A stretch of 64,000 nt of DNA from an uncultured Gemmatimonadales bacterium (GTDB taxonomy: Bacteria; Gemmatimonadota; Gemmatimonadetes; Gemmatimonadales; Gemmatimonadaceae): positions 640,001 through 704,000 of the forward strand of contig CAWBZV010000003.1 of NCBI GenBank assembly GCA_963793305.1, in the 5' to 3' direction. Below are positions 50,362-60,327 of this stretch, piece by piece; within the stretch, counting starts at the first letter, position 1, and each line of letters opens with the position of its first letter. The notes beneath the pieces were generated by a model. It ran no database searches and had not been told where the DNA came from. It was given only the letters and a program-made list of their open reading frames with translations. The position numbers were made by a program, and so were the translations under genes.

Positions 50362-52784
50362 GTCAGATCTAACATAGACGCGCGTCGCGGTCGGGGCTCG
50401 GGGACGTTCGGGCCCTTGACCGCGCGCCACAGCACCGTATTGAACAAGGCCTCGTCGTTCTGATCTTCTTTCTCTAACCGCAGTCTCCGCGAGAGCGCCG
50501 CCAACGGACCCTTTGGCGGATTGATCTCGTCGAGCGACGTTGTCGGCTGGATGGCCGTATAGGGCGTCGTATCGGCCACCGATGTGAACGCCTCCATCAT
50601 CGGCCGGCCATAGTGGTCGAACTGGGACAGCGATCCCAGGTGCAACAACCCTTCCATAGTTGCGATCGCATCCGTCGTATTCGCGAACCGGTGCTGCACG
50701 CCGGCGTGCGAGTAGGGCGAGATCACCAGGACCGGCGCACGGTGCGAGTCGACGTGATCCGCGCCAGCTTGCGCGTCGTCCTCGAGCACGAAGATCACCG
50801 AGGTCTTCCAGAAGGGCGTCTTCGACAGTGCCTCCACCATGCGACCGAGGGCGTAGTCGTTGTCGGCCACCATCGCGCGCGGCGTGTGCATGCCCGGCAT
50901 CCCGCCTGCCGTGTGATCATTGCCCAGGTGCATGATCTCGAACGCGGGCATCGAGCCCTGCTGCACGTATTTCTGAAGCTCGGCGATCCAGATATCGGCG
51001 CGCTTCTGGTCCTGGATCGTCAGGTCGAACGCGGGGAAATCCGGATTCGTGTTCTTGGCCAGCGCCGGCTTATCGCCCTGCGCCGGGCCATGCCACTGGC
51101 CTTCCTCGGCCGTCCGCCCGTTCTCGACGACATACTCGCCGTAATCACGCAGAGCCAGATGCTTCGCGGCGACGAGATCCCAGATATATCCTGCGGCGGG
51201 CGCCGAGACGTTGTCGCCGTCCTTCGGCACGACGTCCTTGTTGGCGCCCTCGTAGTCGTACGTGCGACCGCGGCCCGAGTAGTTCGACTCGACCGTCTTT
51301 TCGACGTAGTCCGGGGCATACGCGCCCGTCGACCAGATATGGCCGTCGGCGCTGACCTCGGCGTTCACGAAAAATCGATCCCAGATCCCATATCGCTCGG
51401 CCAGAGCGTGATTGTTCGGCGTGACTGACTTGCCAAAAAACACGATCGACGTGTCGCCATCCGCCTCGGCTAGATCTCCGAACACCTGGTCGTAAGTCCT
51501 GTTCTCTCTGATCACGTACAGGACATGCTCGATCGGCGGATAGGTCGGCGCCGCTGTTTGGGTGTTCCAGCCGTTGGCCTTCGCCACTCGCGCCGAGTAA
51601 TCGCCGAGCGCCGCGGGCGCGGCGAATATGCTCAGCGTCCCGGAGAGCTGCCCGAGCGTATAGCCATACGGGTTGCCATTTTTCGCATGCGGCGACGGAC
51701 GGTTGGGCCCCGGCCCACTCGTGGGATTCGGCGCGGTACCGTGCCCCTTCCCATTCACCACATAGAGCGTGTCACCCGGCAGCGCGCTCACAATCGTCGG
51801 ATACCAGTCGACGGGAATCCGTCCGATGACGGAGTCGGTCTTCAGGTCAACCACAGCGACCGCATTGTTGTCGGCCTCGGCAACGAACAACCGCTGGCCA
51901 GAAATGGCGACCGCGTTCGGCGTGCTGCCCTCGGTGACACCAGGCGCGGGGTCATCGATGTGCTTGGTGACCGTGAGCGTCTTGGTGTCAACTACGTCGA
52001 TGCGGTCAGTGCTGGCCGAGACGACGTAGAGCTTATCGCCGTCGAGTAGCATCGAAGAAGGGTGCCGCGAGACGGTGATCTGCTTGTTCTGCGGGAAGAC
52101 CGACACGGTGTGGCCGCCCCAGGCGGAGACGAACACTGTGCCGTTCTTGGCGACGGCGACCGCGTATGGGTACTTGTCGGTCGGGAAGCGATGCCGTACG
52201 CGGTGTGTGGCGAGATCCACGACCGCGAGGGAGTCGCCCAGGTTCTCGGCCACATACAGCGTCTTGCCGTCGGGCGAGACGCCGATCCCCGCCGGGTAGC
52301 GGCTGCCACCGGGGTCCGCCCACCGCTTCCCAGCCTTCACGGCCGCCGCACGGAGCTTCGTCGTATCGGGCTTGGGCTGCAGCACGATGCTATCACTGAG
52401 CGTCGCGGTGTCTCCGCGCCATGCGTAGACGTAGATCTTGTCCTCGTTCCCGCCCGACGCGTAGAGCGTCGAGCCGTCCGGAGAGAACGCGAGACCCAGG
52501 AACGCCGCCGGCTGGACCAGCGTCTGGACGATTTCGCCGGTGTGCCGGTCGACGACCTGGACGCCCTGTTGTCGCCACCCGTCGAGCGAGAGGATGAGCC
52601 GCGTCGTATCTGGCGACCAGATCGCGGCGAGCGGCAGCGGACCCAGGTCGTGGCCCGCGACAATGGGATCGAGCGTTGCGCCGGTCGGGAGCCGCACGCT
52701 CTCTTGTTCTTCAGTAGACGGCGTCGCGCTGCTGGCCGTGCAGCCGGCGAGCGCCAGGAGGACGAGGGCGGAGGGGAGGCGCAT
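50346..52784 (-). CDS. YVTN/YncE beta-propeller + phosphoesterase (alkaline phosphatase superfamily) lipoprotein
   Basis: LAGC lipobox; SPDG.TLY repeats; HVLYVIRENRTYDQVFGD, EVSADGH, NDHT, EDDAQAG.DHVDSHR. Confidence 0.9.
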   Translation of the reverse strand: MRLPSALVLLALAGCTASSATPSTEEQESVRLPTGATLDPIVAGHDLGPLPLAAIWSPDTTRLILSLDGWRQQGVQVVDRHTGEIVQTLVQPAAFLGLAFSPDGSTLYASGGNEDKIYVYAWRGDTATLSDSIVLQPKPDTTKLRAAAVKAGKRWADPGGSRYPAGIGVSPDGKTLYVAENLGDSLAVVDLATHRVRHRFPTDKYPYAVAVAKNGTVFVSAWGGHTVSVFPQNKQITVSRHPSSMLLDGDKLYVVSASTDRIDVVDTKTLTVTKHIDDPAPGVTEGSTPNAVAISGQRLFVAEADNNAVAVVDLKTDSVIGRIPVDWYPTIVSALPGDTLYVVNGKGHGTAPNPTSGPGPNRPSPHAKNGNPYGYTLGQLSGTLSIFAAPAALGDYSARVAKANGWNTQTAAPTYPPIEHVLYVIRENRTYDQVFGDLAEADGDTSIVFFGKSVTPNNHALAERYGIWDRFFVNAEVSADGHIWSTGAYAPDYVEKTVESNYSGRGRTYDYEGANKDVVPKDGDNVSAPAAGYIWDLVAAKHLALRDYGEYVVENGRTAEEGQWHGPAQGDKPALAKNTNPDFPAFDLTIQDQKRADIWIAELQKYVQQGSMPAFEIMHLGNDHTAGGMPGMHTPRAMVADNDYALGRMVEALSKTPFWKTSVIFVLEDDAQAGADHVDSHRAPVLVISPYSHAGVQHRFANTTDAIATMEGLLHLGSLSQFDHYGRPMMEAFTSVADTTPYTAIQPTTSLDEINPPKGPLAALSRRLRLEKEDQNDEALFNTVLWRAVKGPNVPEPRPRRASMLDLTWPNR

Positions 52785-52799
52785 AATGGGTTCTAGAGT

Positions 52800-52967
52800 T
52801 TAGTCCGGAATGGCGTCGTCCGGATCCTCTACAGGCGGTTCGTGCAGGTCCTGATCGCGGAAATCCGATCCGCGCTTCGCGCGCCCTGGGGTCTGGGGAA
52901 CAGACGGGTACGGCTGGTTGGGGCGCTGGGGCTTGGGGGTTGGGCTCGTCTTTTTGGGCTCTGGCAT
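52800..52967 (-). CDS. Possible small Pro-rich/acidic protein
   Basis: GGAGG upstream of ATG 52967; 55 aa low-complexity ORF in an otherwise empty gap. Confidence 0.4.
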   Translation of the reverse strand: MPEPKKTSPTPKPQRPNQPYPSVPQTPGRAKRGSDFRDQDLHEPPVEDPDDAIPD

Positions 52968-53118
52968 GGGCCTGGTCCTCCGGTGTGCAAGCCGACAGGT
53001 CGCTGGCGTCTCCCAGGCAGACGCCGCTCCGCGGCACGTCAATGCAGGCTGCGCCTGCTCGACTGGTCTGTCCGACAGAGCTCGGCTGCGCCGAGCTCAA
53101 TCGCTCTGGGGGAACGTT

Positions 53119-55287
53119 ATGCGTGGGAAGTCCGCTAGGCCAATCGCCGCTGTTCTTCGTTTCATCGTCGTTGCGTGTCTACCGTCCGCAGCGCTTGCCC
53201 AAGGGTGGGTCACGCCCCGGTGCGATCCGGCGGCTTGCCGGCCGCTACCGCCGTTCAGCCGGCCACAAGTCGTGCGCACGTCCAGCGACGTGCACGCCGA
53301 GCTTGCGGATCGCGTCGTCCGGTGGGAGGTCAAAGAGACCTTCCGCAACACGGGCGGCCCGCTCGGCGAAGCCGACTATCTCTTCCCTCTGCCACAGGGC
53401 GCGGCGTTCGAGAACCTCCAGCTCTCGATCAACGGCGAGCTCGTCTCCGGCGAGACCTTGGGCGCCGACGAAGCCCGTCGCGTCTACGAGGACATAGTCC
53501 GCCGCAAACGCGATCCGGCCCTCGTCGAGTGGATGGGCTTTGGGTTACTCCGCGCTCGCATCTTCCCGCTGGCTGCCGGCGAAGAGAAGACCGTCGTCGT
53601 CAAGTTTCAGAGCGTCGCCCAGCGCGAGGGCGATGCCCTGCGTCTGGACTATCTCCGCAGCGACGCCAAGAGTGACAGCGCTTCGGACGCCGAGCGGTGG
53701 AATTTCACGCTCACGTATCCGCTGCATCATGGCTACGGGACTCCCTACTCGCCGACGCACAACGTCGCCCGTGTGCACGATGGCACAGTTGCCGTGACCG
53801 GGCCCGAGCGCGCGCTGACAATACTGGTGCCCGTCGCTCGCCAAACTGGTGGCGCGTCAATCACCGTGCTGCCATATCGCGCCAGTAGCGAGGACGGTTT
53901 CGCGATGATTACGCTGACGCCGCCCGAGGGGCGTGCGTCGAAGACCCCGCGAGATGTGACGTTCGTGCTCGATGTCTCGGGTTCGATGAACGGCAAGAAA
54001 ATCGAGCAAGCGAAGGCTGCCGGCCGGCAACTGGTGGAGTCGCTCCGACCGGACGACAGATTCCGGCTCATCGATTTCTCGACCAACGTCCGAACGTTCC
54101 GCGACGGCTGGGCGCAAGCGACCCCGGAGAACGTTGCATTGGCCGAGAAGTACTTCAGCCAGCTGGAAGCCGAGGGCTCGACGAACATCGAGGCAGCGCT
54201 CGCCGAAGCGTTGAACAACCAGAGCGACGACGCCGAGCGGTTGCCGATCGTGCTGTTCATTACCGATGGAGAACCCACGGTAGGCGAGCGGAACACGGAC
54301 AAACTGGTTGCCGGCATGGTCGCCAAGCGCGGCCGCACGCGCCTCTTTACGTTCGGCTTGGGCACCAACGTCAACACGTCACTGCTAGAGCAACTGTCGC
54401 TCGAAGGCCGCGGCACCGCACAGTTCGTGCGCCCGGATGAGTCGGTCGAGCGCGCCGTGTCACTCGTAGCCGGCCGTCTGAGCGGCCCGGTGGCGACGGA
54501 TCTCGTGGTACATACCGACGACAACGTGCAGCTCAAGAGCCAACTCCCGTCGGGCGCGATCGATCTCTTCGAAGGGCAGGACGCGATCGTGCTCGCGCGC
54601 TACACGGGCACTGGCAGCACGCACCTCACGTTCCGCGGCCATACCGCGTCCGGCCCAGTCGAATGGTCGGAGACGGTGACGTTCCCGGACCGCGAGCGCG
54701 CCAATCCGTTCGTCGCTCGCCTCTGGGCGACCCAGCGCATTGGCTATTTGAGCGCCGATCGCCACAAGCACGGCGCGAACCCGGAGGTCGACGACGAGAT
54801 CCGGCAGCTCGGCATGCGGTTCGGCATCCCAACCGAGCTCACGTCGTATCTCGTGCAGGAGCCACAACACGACTTCGCCCTCACAGGGGTTGCGGGCGGG
54901 GTGGCAAGAGCCCCGGCGCCGGCGATGCAGGCGTTCGCCGCGGCGAAGGAAGCGTCGGTCGCGCGAGTAGCCACATCGTTGGCGGTGATGGATTCGGTCG
55001 CGGCGCCTTCCCGCAAAAAAGTTATGCAGTCGGGCGGCCGGACGTTCTGGCGCCAGGATTCCGTGTGGGTCGACTCGCGCTGGCGCGATGGCATGCGCAT
55101 CGTCCGCGTCAAGCCGTACTCCACGGCGTACTTCGCGCTGCTCGACGCGGTGCCCGAGCTCAAGTTCGGGTTCGCGGTTGGCGACGCCGTGCGGGTGGCT
55201 GGACGCGCGGTCGCGATCGAGGTCGCTGGCGACGGTGTCGAGAAGCTGTCGGACGCCGAGGTCGCGTCCGTCCGCTCGGACTGGTAG
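53119..55287 (+). CDS. Secreted VIT + vWA domain protein
   Basis: Signal peptide; VIT (F.N...EA.Y.FPLP..A..YE.IVR..RDPAL); MIDAS DVSGSM, GSTNI, ITDGEPT. Confidence 0.9.
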   Translation: MRGKSARPIAAVLRFIVVACLPSAALAQGWVTPRCDPAACRPLPPFSRPQVVRTSSDVHAELADRVVRWEVKETFRNTGGPLGEADYLFPLPQGAAFENLQLSINGELVSGETLGADEARRVYEDIVRRKRDPALVEWMGFGLLRARIFPLAAGEEKTVVVKFQSVAQREGDALRLDYLRSDAKSDSASDAERWNFTLTYPLHHGYGTPYSPTHNVARVHDGTVAVTGPERALTILVPVARQTGGASITVLPYRASSEDGFAMITLTPPEGRASKTPRDVTFVLDVSGSMNGKKIEQAKAAGRQLVESLRPDDRFRLIDFSTNVRTFRDGWAQATPENVALAEKYFSQLEAEGSTNIEAALAEALNNQSDDAERLPIVLFITDGEPTVGERNTDKLVAGMVAKRGRTRLFTFGLGTNVNTSLLEQLSLEGRGTAQFVRPDESVERAVSLVAGRLSGPVATDLVVHTDDNVQLKSQLPSGAIDLFEGQDAIVLARYTGTGSTHLTFRGHTASGPVEWSETVTFPDRERANPFVARLWATQRIGYLSADRHKHGANPEVDDEIRQLGMRFGIPTELTSYLVQEPQHDFALTGVAGGVARAPAPAMQAFAAAKEASVARVATSLAVMDSVAAPSRKKVMQSGGRTFWRQDSVWVDSRWRDGMRIVRVKPYSTAYFALLDAVPELKFGFAVGDAVRVAGRAVAIEVAGDGVEKLSDAEVASVRSDW

Positions 55288-55297
55288 CGTTGGGATC

Positions 55298-55828
55298 ATG
55301 GACGACGCCGACCGCCTATTCCGCGCGTATCACGACCCGCTCGTGCGCTATCTGACGCGGCGGCTCGGCGATCGCGATTGGGCCGAGGAGGTCGCGCAGG
55401 AGACGTTCGTCCGCGCGCTGCGGCAGCCCACGCTCACGAACGAGCGGGCGTGGCTGTTCGCGGTCGCGACGAACCTCGTGCGCGACGAGGCGCGGCGGGA
55501 TATCCGTCGGCGGAAGCGTCTGACGTTGCTCGCAGCCGAGGCGCGAGAAATGGAGCGGGTCGAGCCGGAGTCGCCGCTCGAGCGGGCGCAGGAGGCGGCG
55601 CTGGCGCGCCGGGTGGTCGACGCGCTGGCTGAACGGGACCGGTTGGCTTTGCTGATGCGAGAGGAAGGGTTGAATTACGAGGAGATCGCCGAAGCGCTCG
55701 GTCTGTCGATCGGGTCGATCGGCACGACACTCGCCAGAGCGCGTAAGCGGCTGGTGACTGCGTACGAGGCGCTGCAGGCGACAGGCACGCGTGGGGCGCG
55801 AGGAGCAGGAGGGACCCATGGAGCGTAA
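55298..55828 (+). CDS. ECF RNA polymerase sigma factor
   Basis: AEEVAQETF, AWLFAVATNL, GLNYEEIAEALG..GSIGTTLARAR. Confidence 0.92.
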   Translation: MDDADRLFRAYHDPLVRYLTRRLGDRDWAEEVAQETFVRALRQPTLTNERAWLFAVATNLVRDEARRDIRRRKRLTLLAAEAREMERVEPESPLERAQEAALARRVVDALAERDRLALLMREEGLNYEEIAEALGLSIGSIGTTLARARKRLVTAYEALQATGTRGARGAGGTHGA

Positions 55829-57056
55829 CAAGGGGCACATCGACGAGGGCACGCTGCACGCATGGCTCGACGGCGCGCTCTCGCCCGACGAGTCCGCGCG
55901 CGTGGAGGCGCACGTCGTCTCGTGCGCGGCGTGCAGTGCCGCGGCGGCCGAGGCCCGCGGGCTGGTCGCGGCCGCGTCGCGGATTTTGACGGCGCTCGAC
56001 GACGTGCCGGGAGGTGTTGCTCCGGCTCGCACGTTGTCCGACCGCCGGCACCGCCTGTGGACCGGATGGCCGCTCCGCGCCGCCGCGGGTGTGCTCTTCG
56101 TCGTGGCTGGCTCCCTCGCTGTGCTTCAGCAGATGGGAACGGAGCATCGGGCTGTCGCCCCGCCACCGAGCGCGAGTCCCGTGCAGGTCGCGCCTCCAGC
56201 TTCGCCTCCGGTCGTCGAGATGAAGAAGGCGCCAGCGCGGAAACAGCGGCCAGTCGCTCCGCCTGCGGCGCCACAACCGGCGCCAGCCGCCGCGGCTCAG
56301 GCGGCCGACGAGGCTCGAGTGGTTCCGGAGAGCGACAGCATCGCCAAGGCCGTCGACAGGCCCGTCACCATTGCTGGCCGCGTCGTCGAGGCCAAGACTG
56401 GCCAGCCGGTGCCGCAGGCTGTCGTTCATCTCTCGAGCCCGCAGGTCTCGGCGGTGACCGACTCCACGGGTGGCTACGCCATGGCAATCCCGGCCAGCCA
56501 GGCAGCCAGCCAACCCGCGCGACTCGACGTGAGGCGGATCGGCTACGATCGGGCGACCGATTCGGTCACCGTCGCGCGGGAAAAGTCGTCGGGAGATACC
56601 GTGCGACGCGATTTCGCGTTGCAGCAGGCGACGACGACGTTGAGCCAGGTGATGGTCACCGGCGCCGCGCGAAAGGAGGTACCCGCTGCGGCGCCGGCGG
56701 CCGCGGCAGGGGTAGCAGGGGGCGTCGCTAAGGGTGCCGTGACCGGGCTCGCTCATCGCATGCGAACTCCGCGCGCTCCCGACGGCTGCTACGCGATCGA
56801 CGCGGCGGGGTTGCCGGAGCAGATCGACTTGCCGAGCCTGCGCACGCCGCCGGCCGACAGCGCGAGGTTCCGGACGACGTCTTGGGGGTTGGTCGCGCCC
56901 GATTCGATGCAGATCATGCTCATCGACACGTCGGGAGTGACGCAGAAGATCACCTTCCAGCTGGGCGACTCGGTCCTCCGCGGTCAGGTGACGCGATCCG
57001 ACTCGAGCGGAGCTAAGCCGTTCGTCGCGACGCGGACCGGGGCGCGGTGTCCGTGA
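55818..57056 (+). CDS. zf-HC2 anti-sigma factor with TM and carboxypeptidase-regulatory-like domain
   Basis: HxxxCxxC (EAHVVSCAAC); TM; IAGRVVEA.TG.PV..A.V...TDS.G.Y...V.RIGY. Confidence 0.85.
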   Translation: MERNKGHIDEGTLHAWLDGALSPDESARVEAHVVSCAACSAAAAEARGLVAAASRILTALDDVPGGVAPARTLSDRRHRLWTGWPLRAAAGVLFVVAGSLAVLQQMGTEHRAVAPPPSASPVQVAPPASPPVVEMKKAPARKQRPVAPPAAPQPAPAAAAQAADEARVVPESDSIAKAVDRPVTIAGRVVEAKTGQPVPQAVVHLSSPQVSAVTDSTGGYAMAIPASQAASQPARLDVRRIGYDRATDSVTVAREKSSGDTVRRDFALQQATTTLSQVMVTGAARKEVPAAAPAAAAGVAGGVAKGAVTGLAHRMRTPRAPDGCYAIDAAGLPEQIDLPSLRTPPADSARFRTTSWGLVAPDSMQIMLIDTSGVTQKITFQLGDSVLRGQVTRSDSSGAKPFVATRTGARCP

Positions 57057-58305
57057 GCAGTCCTTCAATCGCGTCGCACGCGGTCTCCGCACCCCGCTCG
57101 GCGCGCACGCTGGCGCCCACCGCGGCAGCGCGAGTCGCGTAGGCGGAGTCACCGAGCAGCTCCCGTATCGCCGCTCCGGCCGTGCGCCGGTTGTACCGCC
57201 CTCGTGGAATGACCTTGGCGACGCCCAAGCGCGCGCAGCGCGCGGCGTTGTCGGGTTGATCGTGACTGAACGGCACGATGACCGCGGGCTTGCCGGATCG
57301 CAGGGCCTGCCCCGTGGTACCAACGCCACCTTGGTGGACGATCACCGACGCCAGCGGCATGACGACGTGATGCGGGAGATAAGGAACCGCCAGCACGTGC
57401 TGCATGCCGCGATACCGCTCGACGGCTCGCGGCTCCGGCCCAACGAGCGCAATGGTCCGTCTCCCCACCGCGACCGTCTCGGCGAACACGCCGTCGTCAA
57501 TGAGCACCGCCGAGGAGCCCAGGGTGACAACGATCGGCGGCTCGCCCTCGGCCGCGAACGCGCGGGCTTGCTCGGCCGACGCTTCGAGTCCAGGCGGCGT
57601 CTCGTCGTGAAACAAAAATCCTGTAATCAGCGCTTGCGGCGGAAAGTCGGGTTGCGGCGCGGCGAGCGCGGCCGAGTAGAGCCCGAGCACGAGATCGGGC
57701 GCGTGCTGTCCTTCGAACAGCGGGTGTGCGTCGAGCGTGAGCCCCTGGTCGCGTGCGAGCTCGTGCAGAGGCCCGAGCCACCCGGCGGTGATCCGCTTCA
57801 TGGCCCCATTCGCCTTGCGCGCCACCCGTGGTCCCAGGCGACGGAGCAGGCTAGAGACCCATGGCGCGGCCGGCATGAGCGGGGGGTCGAAGACCGAGAA
57901 GAACGAGAGCGGTGCGAGAACGGACGAAGCCCAGCGGAGCGAGGGGCGCTTTTTTACGATGAGCGGCCCAGCGAACGTCAGCGGGTGTGTGAGCAGCAAG
58001 TCCGCGCCTGTGACTGCATCGTCCAGATCCGCGTAATTCTCGCGCGTCATCTCCAGCACCATCTTGACGACCCGCTCGCTCCCCCGCATCTGACCCATGA
58101 GCGACTGCATGAGCGCGCGGTCGGACACGTTGACGTTGGGCCTCAAGGGATGGAACGCGAGCCCGGCCGACGTGACGATCGGCTCGTGCGATGGGCTGGT
58201 CGCGATGACCGGCGTGTGGCCGCGTGCGGCGAGCGCGCGGCCTAAGGTGAGATATGGAAACAGGTCGCCGTACGAGCCAAGAGTGGCGAGTACGACGCGG
58301 GCCAT
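57013..58305 (-). CDS. GT1 family UDP-glycosyltransferase
   Basis: GSYGDLFP, TLGS, HQGGVGT, PFSHDQPDNA. Confidence 0.92.
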   Translation of the reverse strand: MARVVLATLGSYGDLFPYLTLGRALAARGHTPVIATSPSHEPIVTSAGLAFHPLRPNVNVSDRALMQSLMGQMRGSERVVKMVLEMTRENYADLDDAVTGADLLLTHPLTFAGPLIVKKRPSLRWASSVLAPLSFFSVFDPPLMPAAPWVSSLLRRLGPRVARKANGAMKRITAGWLGPLHELARDQGLTLDAHPLFEGQHAPDLVLGLYSAALAAPQPDFPPQALITGFLFHDETPPGLEASAEQARAFAAEGEPPIVVTLGSSAVLIDDGVFAETVAVGRRTIALVGPEPRAVERYRGMQHVLAVPYLPHHVVMPLASVIVHQGGVGTTGQALRSGKPAVIVPFSHDQPDNAARCARLGVAKVIPRGRYNRRTAGAAIRELLGDSAYATRAAAVGASVRAERGAETACDAIEGLLTDTAPRSASRRTA

Positions 58306-58306
58306 G

Positions 58307-59011
58307 TTATGTCCGAGGGTTGGTGGCCCAGATGGTCAGATCGGTCGTGAACCCCCGGTCGTCCATGGTGAGCATCCCGAGGATCGCGTGCGCGACGTCC
58401 TGGGGTCGGAGCTTGTCTTCGCTCACGGTCTGCGACCGGCCGGCCGCGCGCGCGAAGTCGGTGAGCACTTCGCTCGGATTCACCTCCATCACGCGCACGT
58501 TCGACGTTCTGAGCTCGGCGCGCCAGCACTCGTTCATACCGCGGAGCGCGAACTTGGACGCCACGTAGGCCGAGCCACCGATATACCCACGCGATCCGGA
58601 GGTCGAGCCGACGTTGACGATGTTCCCGTACTGTCGGTCGACGAAGTGCTTGGCCGACTCCCGGGTGACGAACATCGTGCCCGTGATATTCGTGGCCAGC
58701 AGTCGCGTGAATTTGTTGGTGTCGATGTCGAGGAGCGGCGACGAGTAGCCGAACGCCGCGTTGTTGATCAACACGTTGTAGTCACCCAGCTCGGCGATGA
58801 CCCGGCGGACGAGGCTTTTGACCGACGCCTCCTCGCTGATGTCGCACGGGATGCCGAGCACACCGAGATCCAAGGCGGCCTGCTTGAGGCGATCGGCCCG
58901 CCGGCCGCAGATGGCGACTTTCGCGCCGGCCGCCGCGAGCTCTCTCGCGGTCTCGTAGCCGATGCCGGAGCTGCCCCCGGTGACGAGGGCGTACGCGTTC
59001 TTGAGGTTCAT
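58307..59011 (-). CDS. SDR family oxidoreductase
   Basis: TGGSSGIG, LINNA, YVASK. Confidence 0.93.
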   Translation of the reverse strand: MNLKNAYALVTGGSSGIGYETARELAAAGAKVAICGRRADRLKQAALDLGVLGIPCDISEEASVKSLVRRVIAELGDYNVLINNAAFGYSSPLLDIDTNKFTRLLATNITGTMFVTRESAKHFVDRQYGNIVNVGSTSGSRGYIGGSAYVASKFALRGMNECWRAELRTSNVRVMEVNPSEVLTDFARAAGRSQTVSEDKLRPQDVAHAILGMLTMDDRGFTTDLTIWATNPRT

Positions 59012-59014
59012 GTT

Positions 59015-59725
59015 TTACGGTTTGAAGTCAGGATCCAGAATATACCCGCGCCCCGGGATCGTATGCAGGAGACGACGCGGGCCGCCGGGGACGGACGGGT
59101 CGTCGCCTTCGATCTTGCGCCTGAGTGCGGCGAGCGAGTTCTGGTACGTGCGGCTGTGGTCCGTGAAGGTCTGCTCCCATACGGCGGCCGCGATCATCTT
59201 GATGGTGACGATGCGCCCCGCGTTCCGCATGAGATAGCGCAGCAGCCGAAACTCGATGCGCGTGAGCTCGATCGCGCGTCCGCCGCGGTGGACGGTGTGC
59301 GAGGTTTCGTCGAGCTCCAGGTTGTCGATGCGCATGACGAGCGCGCCGGTCGCGGTCACCGTGCGGCGCACGAGTGCCCGGATGCGGGCGAGCAGCTCGG
59401 GCCAGGCGAAGGGCTTGGCGATGTAGTCGTCGGCGCCCGCCTCGAGGCCCCGGACGCGGTCTTTCACCTGATCGTGTCCCGTGAGGATGATCACGGGAAT
59501 ATCGATGCCGGTCTGCCGCATCTCGGCCAGCACGTCCATGCCGTTCTTCTTTGGCAGCTCGATGTTGAGGCAGACGAGGTCCGGCGGCGTGCGGCGCACG
59601 GAGTCGAGGGCCGCGTCGCCGTCCTCGGCGAACCGCACGTCGAAGTGCTCGCCGCGGAGGAGGCGGCCGAGCAGCGCACGAATCGACTCCTGGTCCTCGA
59701 CAACGAGGACCGACACTGTCCGCAC
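59015..59725 (-). CDS. OmpR-family response regulator; phosphoacceptor Asp reads as Asn
   Basis: VLVVED, DLVCLNIELP, GADDYIAKPF, winged helix LRRKI...TIPGRGY. Start uncertain. Confidence 0.88.
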   Translation of the reverse strand: MRTVSVLVVEDQESIRALLGRLLRGEHFDVRFAEDGDAALDSVRRTPPDLVCLNIELPKKNGMDVLAEMRQTGIDIPVIILTGHDQVKDRVRGLEAGADDYIAKPFAWPELLARIRALVRRTVTATGALVMRIDNLELDETSHTVHRGGRAIELTRIEFRLLRYLMRNAGRIVTIKMIAAAVWEQTFTDHSRTYQNSLAALRRKIEGDDPSVPGGPRRLLHTIPGRGYILDPDFKP

Positions 59726-60327
59726 AGATTCGGGCGTGACAGGGAGGGGGAGGCGAAGTGACACCTCGGGTGGTCGACCGGGTCTCATGAGTTGTTGCCA
59801 ATGTCGGCACACACGCGTACTGAGCGCAACGGTTGATTATCGGCGAGCGGGTGCCCAGGGCGTAGCGGTCGGTCAGGGGTCGGTGTCTATGAGGGAGAGA
59901 GCGGAGACGGGAGGCGAACGGCGCGCGGCAGCTTCTGATGAGCAAACGACTTACGTCAAGAACGCCCGCCAAGGATCATGAGAAAAATCTTGCACGGTTG
60001 AGGATTGCTCTTCGTTCGCTTAATACGTACCTCTCCCTTACAAAACGGGTGTGTGGTCACCGGCATTGCGTCCGACCGCGGCGGACTGGATTCTGGTGAC
60101 CCGACACTGTTCGGTGACAGCGTGCGCAGCCGTAGCCCAATGACTGCGCGTCGGGATTCGTGGGCAGAACAGCCAGGACATCGCTGGCAGGTCGCGCCAG
60201 CGGGAGCGTCAAGTTGCAACTGTCGAACGAAGGACCTAGCACGAACACCGTGAGTGCCGTGGGCACTACCACGAGTACTACTCCGGTGGACAACACGGCC
60301 GTGGCGGCGGTAAATGGAGCGACCGCA

